Notes: generated by a model from the letters alone, not told the origin. 64,000 nucleotides of DNA from Acidobacteriota bacterium (GCA_040349255.1 JBEQUE010000010.1:68216-132215); one strand, 5' to 3'; positions 53,684 through 63,189 are shown, counted from the first letter of the stretch. Program-made: numbers and translations.

Positions 53684-54850
53684 TCAGGGCGTCATCTCCC
53701 GCTGCGCCTGATCCAGCGCCTCCTGCGGTGAGAGCCGGCGCTCCACCACGGCCTCCAGGGCGCGGGCGAGCGGTCCCCAGATCCGGTTCATGCCCGGGAC
53801 GTTCGGCATCGGCACCGCGGTGTCGAGCTGCCGGCGGAACCCCTGGAGCACCGGGTCACCGGAGAGCTGCGGATCGCGCCAGGAGGCCGCGTGCGCCGGC
53901 AGGAGCCGGGCCTCCGTCGCCAGCGTCCGGGCGGCCGGCAGGTCGGTCAGATAGCGGACGAGCTTCGCGGCCACGTCCTTGTGCTGAGAGGTGGCCGCGA
54001 TATGGATCGCCTGGACCGTGATCCACGGGCGCATTGGCCGGCCGCCGGCCTCCTCGACCGAAGGCAGGGGCGCGAACGCGAACGGGATCGACGGCGCGAT
54101 CCTCTCCACGAAAGACGGCCCGGCGATCACCATGGCCAGCTTCCCCTCGTTGAACAGCGACGTGATGAGCGTCGTCGACGGCGACGGCAGGAAGCCCTGG
54201 CGCAGCCAGACCTTGAGGAGCTGCGCGGACTGGACGTTGGGTGCCGAGTTGATCGTCGGCCGGCCGTCCGGCGCGAACAGGCTGCCGCCGAAGGCGTTCA
54301 GCAGCGGGGCGTGATAGTAAGGGTCCGTATACCAGGTGGCGAGCCCGAACTTGCCCAGCTCGGGACTGGTCAGGCGCCGGGCCTGCGCCACCATCTCGCG
54401 CGCAGAGAGAGGCGCGTCTCCCAGGAGGTTGCGGTTGTAGATCAGCGTGACCACCCGGAGCTCCAGGGGCAATCCATAGAGCTTGCGCTGGAACGTGAGC
54501 GCCTCCAGCGTACCCGGGAGGAAGCGAGCGCGGATGCGTTCATCCGGCAGCAGCGGCTCCAGGATGCGGCCCGCCTGCACCCAGCCTCCCAGGCGCTCCT
54601 GGGTGGAGAGGAAGACGTCCGGCCCCTCCCCTTTCGGCACCAGCGCGGCAACACGCGATGGCAGCAGGTCCGCGGGCACGGCCACGGGCGCGGCGGTCCA
54701 GCCCTCCTTCGTACGGAACCCGTCGACCAATCTTTCGAACGCCATGCGGGCGGCGCCCTGGTACGAGTGCCAGACCGCGATCTCCTTGCGCTCCTGCGCC
54801 CATCCGGGAACGGCGAGGAGGGACAGGAAGAGGACCGCGATCCGGCGCAT
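53684..54850 (-). CDS. Extracellular solute-binding protein (ABC family 1, sugar/maltodextrin-type); no permease genes adjacent
   Basis: Signal MRRIAVLFLSLLAVPGWA. IAVWHSYQG..., LIYNRNLL and typical SBP_bac_1 layout. ATG 54850 lies within the fused track ORF 53684..55600. Confidence 0.7.
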   Translation of the reverse strand: MRRIAVLFLSLLAVPGWAQERKEIAVWHSYQGAARMAFERLVDGFRTKEGWTAAPVAVPADLLPSRVAALVPKGEGPDVFLSTQERLGGWVQAGRILEPLLPDERIRARFLPGTLEALTFQRKLYGLPLELRVVTLIYNRNLLGDAPLSAREMVAQARRLTSPELGKFGLATWYTDPYYHAPLLNAFGGSLFAPDGRPTINSAPNVQSAQLLKVWLRQGFLPSPSTTLITSLFNEGKLAMVIAGPSFVERIAPSIPFAFAPLPSVEEAGGRPMRPWITVQAIHIAATSQHKDVAAKLVRYLTDLPAARTLATEARLLPAHAASWRDPQLSGDPVLQGFRRQLDTAVPMPNVPGMNRIWGPLARALEAVVERRLSPQEALDQAQREMTP

Positions 54851-54852
54851 GG

Positions 54853-55560
54853 TCAGTACTCGGGAGCCTGCTGCGAGCTGCGGAGCACTATCTCCTCCAC
54901 CCGCGCTCCGGCCGGCAGCCGCAGGGCGAAGCGGACAGCCTCGGCGACCACGCCGGGCTGGAGGAACCACTCCTTGCCCGGCGCGCCCGGCGTGGAGCCG
55001 GCGAACGAGGTGTCCACGGCGCCGGGCCGCAGCTCCAGCACCCGCAGCTCCGGGTTCTCCTGCTGAAACGTTCGCGCGAGCGCCCGCAGGGCGAACTTCG
55101 AAGCGGTATAAGAGCCGCCGGTCGGAAACGTCCGGGTGGAGACATCCGAGGAGACCATGAGGACGATCCCGCGGCTCTCCCTGAGCCAGGGAAGGAATGC
55201 GACCGTCGCGGCCCAGGCGCCGAAGACGTTCACGCGGAAGGTGGACTCGAAGTCCTCCCGCGACGTCTCCTCCAGGCGCCGGAAGATGCCGATCCCGGCG
55301 TTGTTGACCAGGACGTCGAGCCGTCCGAAACGCTCGATCGCAGCCCGGCGAAACGCCTCGATGCTGCCCGGATCGGTCACATCGAGGGCCAGACCCAAAG
55401 CCGGGCCGGGCAGCTCGGCCGCGAGCCGCTCGACCGCCTGGACATCCCGCGCACCGAGAACGACCGCGAAGCCTTCTTCGGAGAGGACCCGGGCGAAGAC
55501 CGCCCCCAGGCCCCGGGAAGCGCCGGTGACGACGGCGACACGGGCGACGCGGTTGTCCAT
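54853..55560 (-). CDS. Classical short-chain dehydrogenase/reductase
   Basis: VAVVTGASRGLG, NNAG and YTASKFAL (YxxxK). Confidence 0.85.
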   Translation of the reverse strand: MDNRVARVAVVTGASRGLGAVFARVLSEEGFAVVLGARDVQAVERLAAELPGPALGLALDVTDPGSIEAFRRAAIERFGRLDVLVNNAGIGIFRRLEETSREDFESTFRVNVFGAWAATVAFLPWLRESRGIVLMVSSDVSTRTFPTGGSYTASKFALRALARTFQQENPELRVLELRPGAVDTSFAGSTPGAPGKEWFLQPGVVAEAVRFALRLPAGARVEEIVLRSSQQAPEY

Positions 55561-55631
55561 GGATCGATCCTACACGATCGCGGCATGGCGATCTCTGCAC
55601 GCCGGAGGCGGACAGCGATAGACTGCTCCGG

Positions 55632-55991
55632 ATGGACGCGCAGGCCGATACCTTCCGAGCTTTTCATGCCAGACGGGAGCGGGCCCGCCTGGAGGAAAGG
55701 GAAAACTTGCGCCTCGACATCCTGGACCGCGCCAAGGCCGCAATTCTCCGGCAGGCTCCGGCGTTTCCCGCGATCCGGGCTGCCTATCTCTTTGGTTCGA
55801 TCCTCCAGCCGGGCCAATTTCACGAGGGCTCGGACGTCGACATCGCCATCGACTGCGACGACATCGGAGTCGAAACTCCGTTCTGGCGGGCTCTGGAGGA
55901 CGAGTTGCAGCGGAACGTCGATGTGCGTCCCCGCGAAGGCGCGGTGGCCCGGGCCGTCGAGGCCTACGGAGAGAAGGTCTATGGACGATAG
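55632..55991 (+). CDS. Minimal nucleotidyltransferase (MNT-type antitoxin-like)
   Basis: AYLFGSILQPGQFHEGSDVDIAID fits the GSx(n)DxD pol-beta-type NTase motif. 11-nt overlap with the downstream gene. Confidence 0.7.
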   Translation: MDAQADTFRAFHARRERARLEERENLRLDILDRAKAAILRQAPAFPAIRAAYLFGSILQPGQFHEGSDVDIAIDCDDIGVETPFWRALEDELQRNVDVRPREGAVARAVEAYGEKVYGR

Positions 55992-56448
55992 GTTCCTGAT
56001 CCTGGAGCGCAGCATTCAGGACGACCTCGAAACCATCGAGCGCCTCTATGAAGAGCTGGGCGACCCGCGCCTGGATGCCCTGAACCAGGAGGGTCTGATC
56101 ATCGTGGCCTACCGGCTGCACGGCCTGTACTCCGCCTTCGAGAACATCTTCCGCAACATCGCCAAGGCCTTTGAAAACCACCTCGATTCATCCTCCTGGC
56201 ACCGGCAGGTCCTGCAGCGGATGAGGCTCGACCTCAGCCCAATCCGTCCGGCCGTCGTGGATGAGGAGGCCTACGAGAAGCTCGACGAGCTCCTCCGCTT
56301 CCGCCACCTGTTCCGTACGGGCTACGGCGTCCGCCTCGACGCCCAACGCCTTCAGTTGGTCTTGCAAAAAACCTTGGAGCTGAAGTCGATCTACCCTCAG
56401 CAGGTCGCTCGTTTCCTGGACTTTCTCCGCTCGTCCTCTCAAGGCTGA
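55981..56448 (+). CDS. HepT/HEPN-like partner of the MNT gene (motif non-canonical)
   Basis: All-helical 155-aa protein. LDELLRFRHLFRTGYG sits where HepT/DUF86 proteins carry RxxxxH.Y. In-frame tail of ORF 54658..56448 starting at ATG 55981. Confidence 0.45.
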   Translation: MDDRFLILERSIQDDLETIERLYEELGDPRLDALNQEGLIIVAYRLHGLYSAFENIFRNIAKAFENHLDSSSWHRQVLQRMRLDLSPIRPAVVDEEAYEKLDELLRFRHLFRTGYGVRLDAQRLQLVLQKTLELKSIYPQQVARFLDFLRSSSQG

Positions 56449-56509
56449 CGGCAGTGCGCGGCACTCCCGCGCGTGCCGTAATGCCTCTTTGGCACGACGG
56501 AGTTCTTTC

Positions 56510-56840
56510 CCGAAGACTCTCGGCAAACTGCCGAAAGGTCTCGGCGAGTTGCCGAGAGGTCTCGCCGTCTCCCGAGAACCCTCGGCGGGGCGCCGAGAGT
56601 CCTCGGCAAAGCGCCGCGGGTCCTCGGCAAAGGACCGAGAGTCCTCGGGAAGCGCCGAGAGCTCTCGACGAGACGCCGAAAGGTCTCAGAGACCGCCGAG
56701 AGGTCTCGGCGGCGCGCCGCAAGGTCTCGGGAAACGCCAAGGGCTTTCGGCAAACCGCCGAAACTCCTCGGCAAGGCGCCGAAAGGTCGCGGGAGACGCC
56801 GAGAGTCTTCGGCAAGGCGCCGAAAGGTCTCGGCAAAAGG
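56510..56840. repeat. Tandem array of 16 units of 20 or 21 bp, each with a 14-bp quasi-palindrome CCGARAnnTCTCGG
   Basis: Hand-parsed unit starts: 56510, 56531, 56552, 56572, 56593, 56614, 56635, 56655, 56676, 56696, 56717, 56737, 56758, 56779, 56799, 56820. Example units: ccgaaaggtctcggcgagttg, ccgagaggtctcggcggcgcg. The array ends 16 nt before the amylase ATG. Confidence 0.9.
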
Positions 56841-56856
56841 CCTTTAGAATGGCGTC

Positions 56857-58473
56857 ATGAGAACCACTCCGCTGCCGGCCCTCGTCCTGGCCGTCCTGCT
56901 CGGCGCCTGCGCCGGCGCCCCTCCTGCGCCATCCGCCGTGCCGGCTCCCGCGCCGGCGGCATCGGACCAGGACTGGCTGCGCGGCGCCGTCTTCTATGAG
57001 GTTTTCGTGCGCAGCTTCGCGGATTCGAACGGCGACGGCGTCGGCGATCTCCGAGGATTGACCGCGAAGCTCGACTATCTCAACGACGGCGATCCGGCCA
57101 CGACCACCGATCTCGGCGTGGACGCGCTCTGGCTCATGCCGGTGTTCCAGTCGCCGAGCTACCACGGCTACGACACGGTGGACTACGAGCGGATCGACGA
57201 CGAGTACGGCACGGCCGAGGACTTCCAGCGCCTGCTCGACGAGGCCCATCGGCGCGGTATCCGGATCATCGTGGACTTCGTCATGAATCACTCCTCCGAC
57301 AAGCACCCGTGGTTCGTGGAGTCGGCCTCGTCGCCCATCTCCCCGAAACGCGACTGGTACGTCTGGCGCGCGGACGATCCGGGGTGGACCCCGCCCTGGG
57401 GCGGCTCCAATCACACGTGGCACGAACGCAACGGCGCCTTCTACTACGGAGTGTTCTGGGGCGGCATGCCGGATCTCAACTTCTCCACGCCCGCGGTGCG
57501 CCGGGAGATGGAGCGCCTCGCCGCTCTCTGGATCTCGCGCGGGGTCGACGGCTTCCGGCTCGACGCCACCCGCCACCTCTTCGCGAACGGGCCGGGCGAT
57601 CTCCAGAACGATCAGCCCGAGACCTTCGATTTTCTCAAGGAGTTCGCGGCGAGCGTCCGCCAGGCCAGTCCGAGCGCCGTGCTGGTCGGAGAGAACTGGA
57701 CCGAGACGCCGATCATCGCGCGCTACTACCAGGCGCTCCCGATGAGCTTCGACTTCCCGCTCTCCGAGGAGATCCTGTCGGGAGTGGAAACCGGCGAGGC
57801 CGCTGGAATCGCCAACAAGCTCGACGAGATCCTGGAGCTCTATCCACCGGGAGCGATCGACGCGCCGTTCCTCACGAATCACGACATGAAGCGCTTCGCC
57901 ACCGGGCTCGGCAACGATCCGGCGAAGCTGCGCAGCGCCGCCGCGGTCCTCCTGACCTTGCCCGGAGCGCCCTTCCTCTACTACGGAGAAGAGGTCGGAC
58001 TTCAGAACGGTCCTGGCAGCCAGGATGAGCACAAGCGCACCCCTATGCCCTGGGACTCCTCCGAAACAGGCGGCTTCACCACGAGCAGGCCCTGGTACGC
58101 CTTCGCGCCGGGCAAAGAGACCTCCAACGTGGCCGCCCAGACGTCCGACCCTGGCTCTCTCCTGTCCCGCTATCGCAACCTGATCCGGGCGCGTAAAACC
58201 TCACCGGCCCTTCAGAAAGGCGATCTGAAAATCTTGACCTCGCTGGTGAAGAGCGATCCCGTCCTGGCCTTCGTACGCCAAGCCGGAAACGAGCGGGTGC
58301 TGGTGGTCCACAACCTCGGCACGGCCGAGGCCGAGGCGGGGCCCTATGACATCGAAGGCAACGGTTTCGAACCGGTCTTCACGACCGGCGGGATTGCCGC
58401 GCCGGTTCAGGCCGAGGCAGGATTGACGGTCAAGCTGCCGGCAGGCGCGAGCGCGGTGTGGAGAATCCGATAA
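56857..58473 (+). CDS. GH13 alpha-amylase-family glycoside hydrolase, lipoprotein-type signal
   Basis: LLGAC lipobox. [65 protein letters not shown] and FLTNHD are the conserved GH13 regions. Confidence 0.9.
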   Translation: MRTTPLPALVLAVLLGACAGAPPAPSAVPAPAPAASDQDWLRGAVFYEVFVRSFADSNGDGVGDLRGLTAKLDYLNDGDPATTTDLGVDALWLMPVFQSPSYHGYDTVDYERIDDEYGTAEDFQRLLDEAHRRGIRIIVDFVMNHSSDKHPWFVESASSPISPKRDWYVWRADDPGWTPPWGGSNHTWHERNGAFYYGVFWGGMPDLNFSTPAVRREMERLAALWISRGVDGFRLDATRHLFANGPGDLQNDQPETFDFLKEFAASVRQASPSAVLVGENWTETPIIARYYQALPMSFDFPLSEEILSGVETGEAAGIANKLDEILELYPPGAIDAPFLTNHDMKRFATGLGNDPAKLRSAAAVLLTLPGAPFLYYGEEVGLQNGPGSQDEHKRTPMPWDSSETGGFTTSRPWYAFAPGKETSNVAAQTSDPGSLLSRYRNLIRARKTSPALQKGDLKILTSLVKSDPVLAFVRQAGNERVLVVHNLGTAEAEAGPYDIEGNGFEPVFTTGGIAAPVQAEAGLTVKLPAGASAVWRIR

Positions 58474-58492
58474 CTTTCAGAGGAGACGAGAC

Positions 58493-59467
58493 ATGAACGC
58501 AAGGTGGTTGCGATCGATCGCGATGTGCGGGTTGCTGTTGCTCGGCAGCCAGGCCATGGCGCAGGAGCTGGGCGACGGCAGGGGAATCGATCACGTCGGG
58601 GCGCTCGTTCGCCTGGAGAACTTCGACGCCGCGGCCGACGTCTGGACCGATCAGCTCGGATTCTCGGCGACGCCGGCCCTGCTGTCTCCCCTGGGCGCCA
58701 AGAACCGCCTCATCTGGTTCGACGACCTGTCCTACCTGGAGGTCCTGGCCTTCACGGAGCTGAACGACTTCACAGCGCCGTTCCTGGCTTTTCTGGCAGA
58801 GCACGAAGGCAGCAAGTACTATGGCACCGAGGTGGTCGACGCCGCCCAGGCGATCTCCTTCCTGAATGATGCCGGCTATCCGAACGTCGGTCCGATTCCG
58901 GCGGCCCCGCTCGTCATCGAATCGACCGGTGACGTGGTCGGGCTCAGCCCGCTCTGGCGTTCGATCATCCTCACCAGCCGGCTGGCGCCCGACAACTCGA
59001 ACTTCCTCCTGGACTACGACGAGGCCCAGGTGCAGCAGATGTTCGCGGACTTCCCGGTCCTGGCGCCGCAGCCGCATCCGAACACGGCGCAGAGGATCGA
59101 CGCTCTCTGGCTGGTCGTCTCGGACCTGGACGCGGCCATCGACTTCTACGAGGGTCTCGGACTCAAGGTCGGCTCCAAGCACCAGAAGATCCACTACCTC
59201 GGCGGACGCGGCGCGGAGGTGCGGTACCACAACAGCAACCTGATCCTCCTGGAACCGGATGGTCCCGGCATCGTCGCCGACTTCGCCGCGGACCGGGGAG
59301 AAGGCATTCTGGGCGCGAGCATCCAGGTCGGCAGCCTCACGACGGCGCTCAACTTGGTGAACGGCAACACCGGCCTGGGCCTGTCGAAATTCAAGTACAA
59401 GGGCCGGAACCGCTTCCTGGTTCCGGCCAGCCTGACTCACGGCTTCCTCCTGGAGATGGTCGAATAA
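58493..59467 (+). CDS. Secreted VOC/glyoxalase-like two-domain protein
   Basis: Signal peptide. IDHVGALV...LGF and IDALWLVVSDLDAAIDFYEGLGLKV resemble paired VOC modules. Confidence 0.55.
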   Translation: MNARWLRSIAMCGLLLLGSQAMAQELGDGRGIDHVGALVRLENFDAAADVWTDQLGFSATPALLSPLGAKNRLIWFDDLSYLEVLAFTELNDFTAPFLAFLAEHEGSKYYGTEVVDAAQAISFLNDAGYPNVGPIPAAPLVIESTGDVVGLSPLWRSIILTSRLAPDNSNFLLDYDEAQVQQMFADFPVLAPQPHPNTAQRIDALWLVVSDLDAAIDFYEGLGLKVGSKHQKIHYLGGRGAEVRYHNSNLILLEPDGPGIVADFAADRGEGILGASIQVGSLTTALNLVNGNTGLGLSKFKYKGRNRFLVPASLTHGFLLEMVE

Positions 59468-59488
59468 ACTCTAGCTAGGAGTCCTGTC

Positions 59489-59737
59489 GTGCGGAAAACT
59501 GCCAAGACCGTTCCCTATGATATTGCCGAGCAACTCCGCACTCCGGAAGAGATGGCGGCCTACCTCGATGCGTGGCTCGTTGAAGCACCTGACGATGTAG
59601 CCGGGATCGCTCGCGCTCTCGGCGACCTCGGGCGGACCTTTTTAAAGCCCCCGCAGGATCGTGAGGTTCCGGGCCCGGACGACGCTGGAAAATCCAAAGC
59701 CAAGAAGAGGTCGCACGGAGGTAAGCCCGTTCCGTAG
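59489..59737 (+). pseudogene. Truncated HigA-like 'addiction module antidote' gene remnant
   Basis: VRKTAKTVPYDIAEQLRTPEEMAAYLDAWLVEAPDDVAGIARALGDLGR matches the N-terminal half of the antidote family. The HTH half is missing, replaced by unrelated sequence. There is no partner toxin gene. The remnant's stop codon (59735-59737) lies within the first bases of the MITE-like element, which begins at 59734. Confidence 0.5.
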
Positions 59738-59954
59738 AGACGCCCCAGTCCGTCGTCCTAGGCTTTACCGGGTTCCCAAACGCCGGGGCGTCTCCAACTT
59801 CCAAGGTACCGATGTGGTCGCTACACGGAAAATGAAAAGCACCTGGCCGGACCGGTTCATGGCAGGGATGGCAGGTTTGTGGTGACGGAGAGGGAGACGC
59901 CCCGGCGTTTCGGGACCTGGTAAGGTCTCGGAGGACGGACTGGGGCGTCTCTAC
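59734..59954. mobile_element. MITE-like 221-bp element with nested terminal inverted repeats
   Basis: Outer IR: GTAGAGACGCCCCAGTCCGTCGTCC (59734-59758) versus the reverse complement of 59930-59954 (24 of 25 match). Inner IR: AAACGCCGGGGCGTCTCC (59778-59795) versus 59893-59910 (18 of 18). No ORF inside. Confidence 0.45.
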
Positions 59955-59977
59955 AGCATCGATCGTGGGGCGGCTTT

Positions 59978-60922
59978 TCAACCCTTCGGAACCACCCCGA
60001 AGAGAATCACCGGCTCCTTGCGGCGCTGGTTGAACTCGGTCAGGAGGGTCTCCTGCTTGCGGCCTTCGGGGACGACGACGTCCACGAGCGGCGGCTGGAT
60101 GGCGGCGTTCTCGCGGCCTCCTCCGAAACGGTCGGTCCAGCTTCCGGGTGAGATCGGGAGGATCATCAGGGCTTCGTCCTTGTCGCCGCGGCCGAGCGCC
60201 CGGGCCAGGTCGAAGCTCTGCAGAACGTTGGCTCCCGAGACCGCCACCACGTAGCTCCAGGTATCCTTCGCCGGACCGTTCAGGAACGAGCCGGGCACGA
60301 AGAAGCTGATCTTGTTGCCGCGCACCCGGATCTTGCTCGGAAAGAAGATGCGCTCGTCCACGTTGGTTGGGATCTGCGCGCGCATCGCCGCGGCCTGATC
60401 CTCTTCGAGCGAGCTGTCGTCCTTCCGCATCTCATCCTTGATCGCCAGCTCCATCATCCGTTTGAGCTCGCCTCTGGCTTCGTGCGGGCGCGGCGTCAGA
60501 ATGATCGCTTTTTCCCAGGCGCTCGACGGATCGATCGTCGCGAGGCGTCCGGGGAGCATAGAGACCGTGCCCGAGCCGGGGGTCCGGTCGGTATCGATGT
60601 AGATGTCCAGATTGATCGTGTAGAAACCGAAGCGCGCGACCGTGTCGAGCCGGGTGCCCAGGTCGTCGATCACCTCCTGGCCCGGCACGCGCACCGGCCT
60701 CGCGAAGGTGGCCTCGAAGAGCGTCCCGTCCCCGTCCGCCTCGGCCGTGAGGGAGAGCAGGTCCAGATCGCCCGGATCCAGCTCCTCGTTCAACGGATAG
60801 ATCAGATTGCCGTCCCCATGGTCGTCGCCACGCGGATCGGTCAGCTTGAAAAGCGTCTTGCCCGCGAAGGCGGGGATCGCGGCGACGAGAAGGACCAGAG
60901 CCAGTGGGAAAACCTTGCGCAT
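59978..60922 (-). CDS. Secreted glucodextranase-DOMON-like domain protein (paralog 1)
   Basis: Signal MRKVFPLALVLLVAAIPAFA. LTDPRGDDHGDGNLIYPLNEELDPGDLDL...FYTINLDIYIDTD parallels the FKDPTGDDNGPGSYTYP...FIFIDT of 63190..64000. GGAG lies 6 nt before ATG 60922, which is therefore preferred over ATG 60928. Confidence 0.55.
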   Translation of the reverse strand: MRKVFPLALVLLVAAIPAFAGKTLFKLTDPRGDDHGDGNLIYPLNEELDPGDLDLLSLTAEADGDGTLFEATFARPVRVPGQEVIDDLGTRLDTVARFGFYTINLDIYIDTDRTPGSGTVSMLPGRLATIDPSSAWEKAIILTPRPHEARGELKRMMELAIKDEMRKDDSSLEEDQAAAMRAQIPTNVDERIFFPSKIRVRGNKISFFVPGSFLNGPAKDTWSYVVAVSGANVLQSFDLARALGRGDKDEALMILPISPGSWTDRFGGGRENAAIQPPLVDVVVPEGRKQETLLTEFNQRRKEPVILFGVVPKG

Positions 60923-60944
60923 GAACATCTCCAGGTTGATCAGA

Positions 60945-60973
60945 CAGGAGCCCGACCTCCGGTCGGGCTCCTG
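60945..60973 (-). terminator. 13-bp-stem hairpin between the barrel gene and the downstream DOMON-like gene (attenuator or terminator candidate)
   Basis: CAGGAGCCCGACC (60945-60957), TCC loop, GGTCGGGCTCCTG (60961-60973). No U-tract, so the function is uncertain. Confidence 0.35.
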
Positions 60974-60981
60974 GAGAACGT

Positions 60982-63156
60982 CTAGAACCGAACCTTCATG
61001 AACACCTTCATCCGCTGCTGCTTGAAGTCGCGGGTGATCAGGCTGTTCCAGCCGCCGAAACGGCCGCGGAAACCCGGCGAGCCCACGGGCACGCCGAAGT
61101 TCTTCGCGGTGTCGGCGTCCGCGAACTGGGTCACGAAGCCGCCGCCGAAGTCCGGATCGAACTCGCCCCAGTTGTACTCGTAGTTCGCGCCGAACTCGGC
61201 GCCGCCGATCACGTAGCGCGCGTGGAGCATCAGCTTGTTCTTGTCGTGCTGGCCCGACGCCATGTTGTGGAGCTGGTAGGCCTGGAACGCCGTGTTGCCG
61301 TCCTGAAGATCCACGTCGTACTTCTCATAGGTGATCGAGCCGTAGACGTTGTCGGTGACCTGGTAGCCGGCGCCGAGCTGGTAGAGCTTGTAATCCATGT
61401 CGCGGTCGTCGTCGGACAGGCTGTCGAACGGCTTCCACTGGAAACCGGTCACGCCGTTGACCGTGATCGTCGGCGGGGCGAAGTAGATCGACGACGAGCT
61501 GTTGCCCGGCGAGTAGAAGCGGACGCTGCCGTCGGCGTTGTAGGGCAGGAACCGCGCGTCGGTCATGCGGTCGTCCTGCTCGTCGATCATCTTGATCTTG
61601 CCGAAGATCTCCACGCCCTTGCCGACGTCGAGCAGGTACTTGCCGCGCAGGACGGCGATCTTGGTCTCCTTGTCCTGGAACGGCGCGTAGGCGTTGCGGT
61701 AGGAGTTCACGCCGGCGTCCGACTCGTGGTTCGGATAGGGCGACTGGTCGAGCGGCCGGTCCGCCTGGCCCCAGGCCTGCCAGTTGGTGTTGTAGTCGAT
61801 CATCGAGTATTCAGCCGACAGGTCGAGGTCGCCGATCGTCCAGGTCGGCGCGATGGTGATGCCCTTCCAGCCGATGACCGACTCGGCCATCGACTCCTCG
61901 AAGTCGGTGAACTCGTTGTCGACGTTGAGCGTCGCGACCTGCTGGGCCGGACCCTGCCAGCCGCCGTAGCCGATGCGCGTCGGGTTGCCCGGGAATACGC
62001 CGAAGGCGGAGTTGTCCGGGCCGGGCCACGCAAAGGCGCCGTCGCTGCCCTCGGTCAGCAGGACGTCCACCTCGCGGCGGGCGGCCAGGATCGAGGTGTA
62101 GGCCGCGCCGATGTCGAAGTACTCGATGTTGAAGTTGAGGCCGACGCCGAACGGATCGTTCAGATCGATATTGGCCTTGTAGGCCTCGTCGTCCTGCTTG
62201 CCGGCCACCACCGGCGAGAAGCCCGAGGTGCCGAAGCCCGTGGGCGTGCCGAAGGTCGGGTTGGACTCGGCCTCCGAGAAGTAGGCCGTGCCGCGCAGGT
62301 CGATCATGCCGCTCGGATGGACGCCGAGCTTGACGCCGTAGACGTTGTTCTTGAAGCGGAAATCCACGTCGCGGCCGTCGTCGAAATCGCGGTCGGTGAC
62401 GTCCACCTCCTGATCGGTCACCCGCTCGACGATGCCGACCAGGTCGAAGTACTGGTTCGGGTTGAGCCGGAGCTGGAGGCCGTAGGCGCCGTCGGCGGCG
62501 GTGTAGTCGCCGGTGTTGAAGCTCGGGCCGGCCCAGAGCCGCGGCAGGGAGACGCGGATGAGGTCGTAACCGAGCTTGCGGCCGGCCACGGCGCCCTGGA
62601 GCAGGACGGCCTTGGCGTTGTCGCGGTCGATGTAGCGCACCTTGCCGATCGTCCAGGCGTCGAACATGCCGAGGTCGGTCGAGCCGATGGTCGCCGAGTC
62701 CACGAAGCGGTAGCCCGGGGTGATGCGCACGGTCAGGCCGCGCTGCTTGATGTATTCGTTCGAGCGCGGGTCGAACTCGCCGCAGTCGCCGCCGACGCAC
62801 GGTCCGCCCGGAGGATCCTCGAAGGCCGGGTTCCTGCCGCCGAAGCCTCCGAAGTTGGTCCACTGGTTCTGGCTGAAGCGCGACTGGATGCGGCCGGTGA
62901 CCTCGACGTACTTGGACGGCTTCGAGGCGAGCAGGAAGTTGATCTCCGTGCCCTGGCCGTTGTCGCCGTAGCCCTCGCCGGGAATCGAGGTGAAGTTGTA
63001 GAGGCTGCCGTCGGTGCGCTGGTTGCCCCACAACCACTTGGTGTAGTCCTCTCCGGTGATCAGCAGCGTCTGGCCGTCGGCGGCGAAGACCGGCAGAGCG
63101 GTCAACACCGATGCGACAGCCAAGAGCGCAATCGCGAACCCCCTGTTGAATCGCAT
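60982..63156 (-). CDS. Large (724 aa) outer-membrane beta-barrel protein of unassigned family
   Basis: Signal MRFNRGFAIALLAVASVLTALPVFA. Alternating beta-strand pattern rich in aromatic and Gly residues. C-terminal beta-signal ...VFMKVRF. GGAG RBS. Confidence 0.7.
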   Translation of the reverse strand: MRFNRGFAIALLAVASVLTALPVFAADGQTLLITGEDYTKWLWGNQRTDGSLYNFTSIPGEGYGDNGQGTEINFLLASKPSKYVEVTGRIQSRFSQNQWTNFGGFGGRNPAFEDPPGGPCVGGDCGEFDPRSNEYIKQRGLTVRITPGYRFVDSATIGSTDLGMFDAWTIGKVRYIDRDNAKAVLLQGAVAGRKLGYDLIRVSLPRLWAGPSFNTGDYTAADGAYGLQLRLNPNQYFDLVGIVERVTDQEVDVTDRDFDDGRDVDFRFKNNVYGVKLGVHPSGMIDLRGTAYFSEAESNPTFGTPTGFGTSGFSPVVAGKQDDEAYKANIDLNDPFGVGLNFNIEYFDIGAAYTSILAARREVDVLLTEGSDGAFAWPGPDNSAFGVFPGNPTRIGYGGWQGPAQQVATLNVDNEFTDFEESMAESVIGWKGITIAPTWTIGDLDLSAEYSMIDYNTNWQAWGQADRPLDQSPYPNHESDAGVNSYRNAYAPFQDKETKIAVLRGKYLLDVGKGVEIFGKIKMIDEQDDRMTDARFLPYNADGSVRFYSPGNSSSSIYFAPPTITVNGVTGFQWKPFDSLSDDDRDMDYKLYQLGAGYQVTDNVYGSITYEKYDVDLQDGNTAFQAYQLHNMASGQHDKNKLMLHARYVIGGAEFGANYEYNWGEFDPDFGGGFVTQFADADTAKNFGVPVGSPGFRGRFGGWNSLITRDFKQQRMKVFMKVRF

Positions 63157-63189
63157 ATCAAAAGTCTCCTCTTGGGAAAGGGATGTCGG

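Noticed and set aside
56234-56999. Four overlapping ORFs (56234..56836-, 56439..56774-, 56454..56999+, 56489..56860+) translating to repetitive PRGL/SAKRR-type peptides
   Set aside because: They are read-throughs of the 20/21-bp tandem array. The mixed unit length shifts the frame every few units, so no consistent peptide repeat is encoded.
59921-59932. 10-mer AAGGTCTCGG shared between the right end of the MITE-like element and the core of the 56510-56840 array
   Set aside because: This is a single short G+C-rich match with no extension of similarity on either side, which is compatible with chance in this composition.
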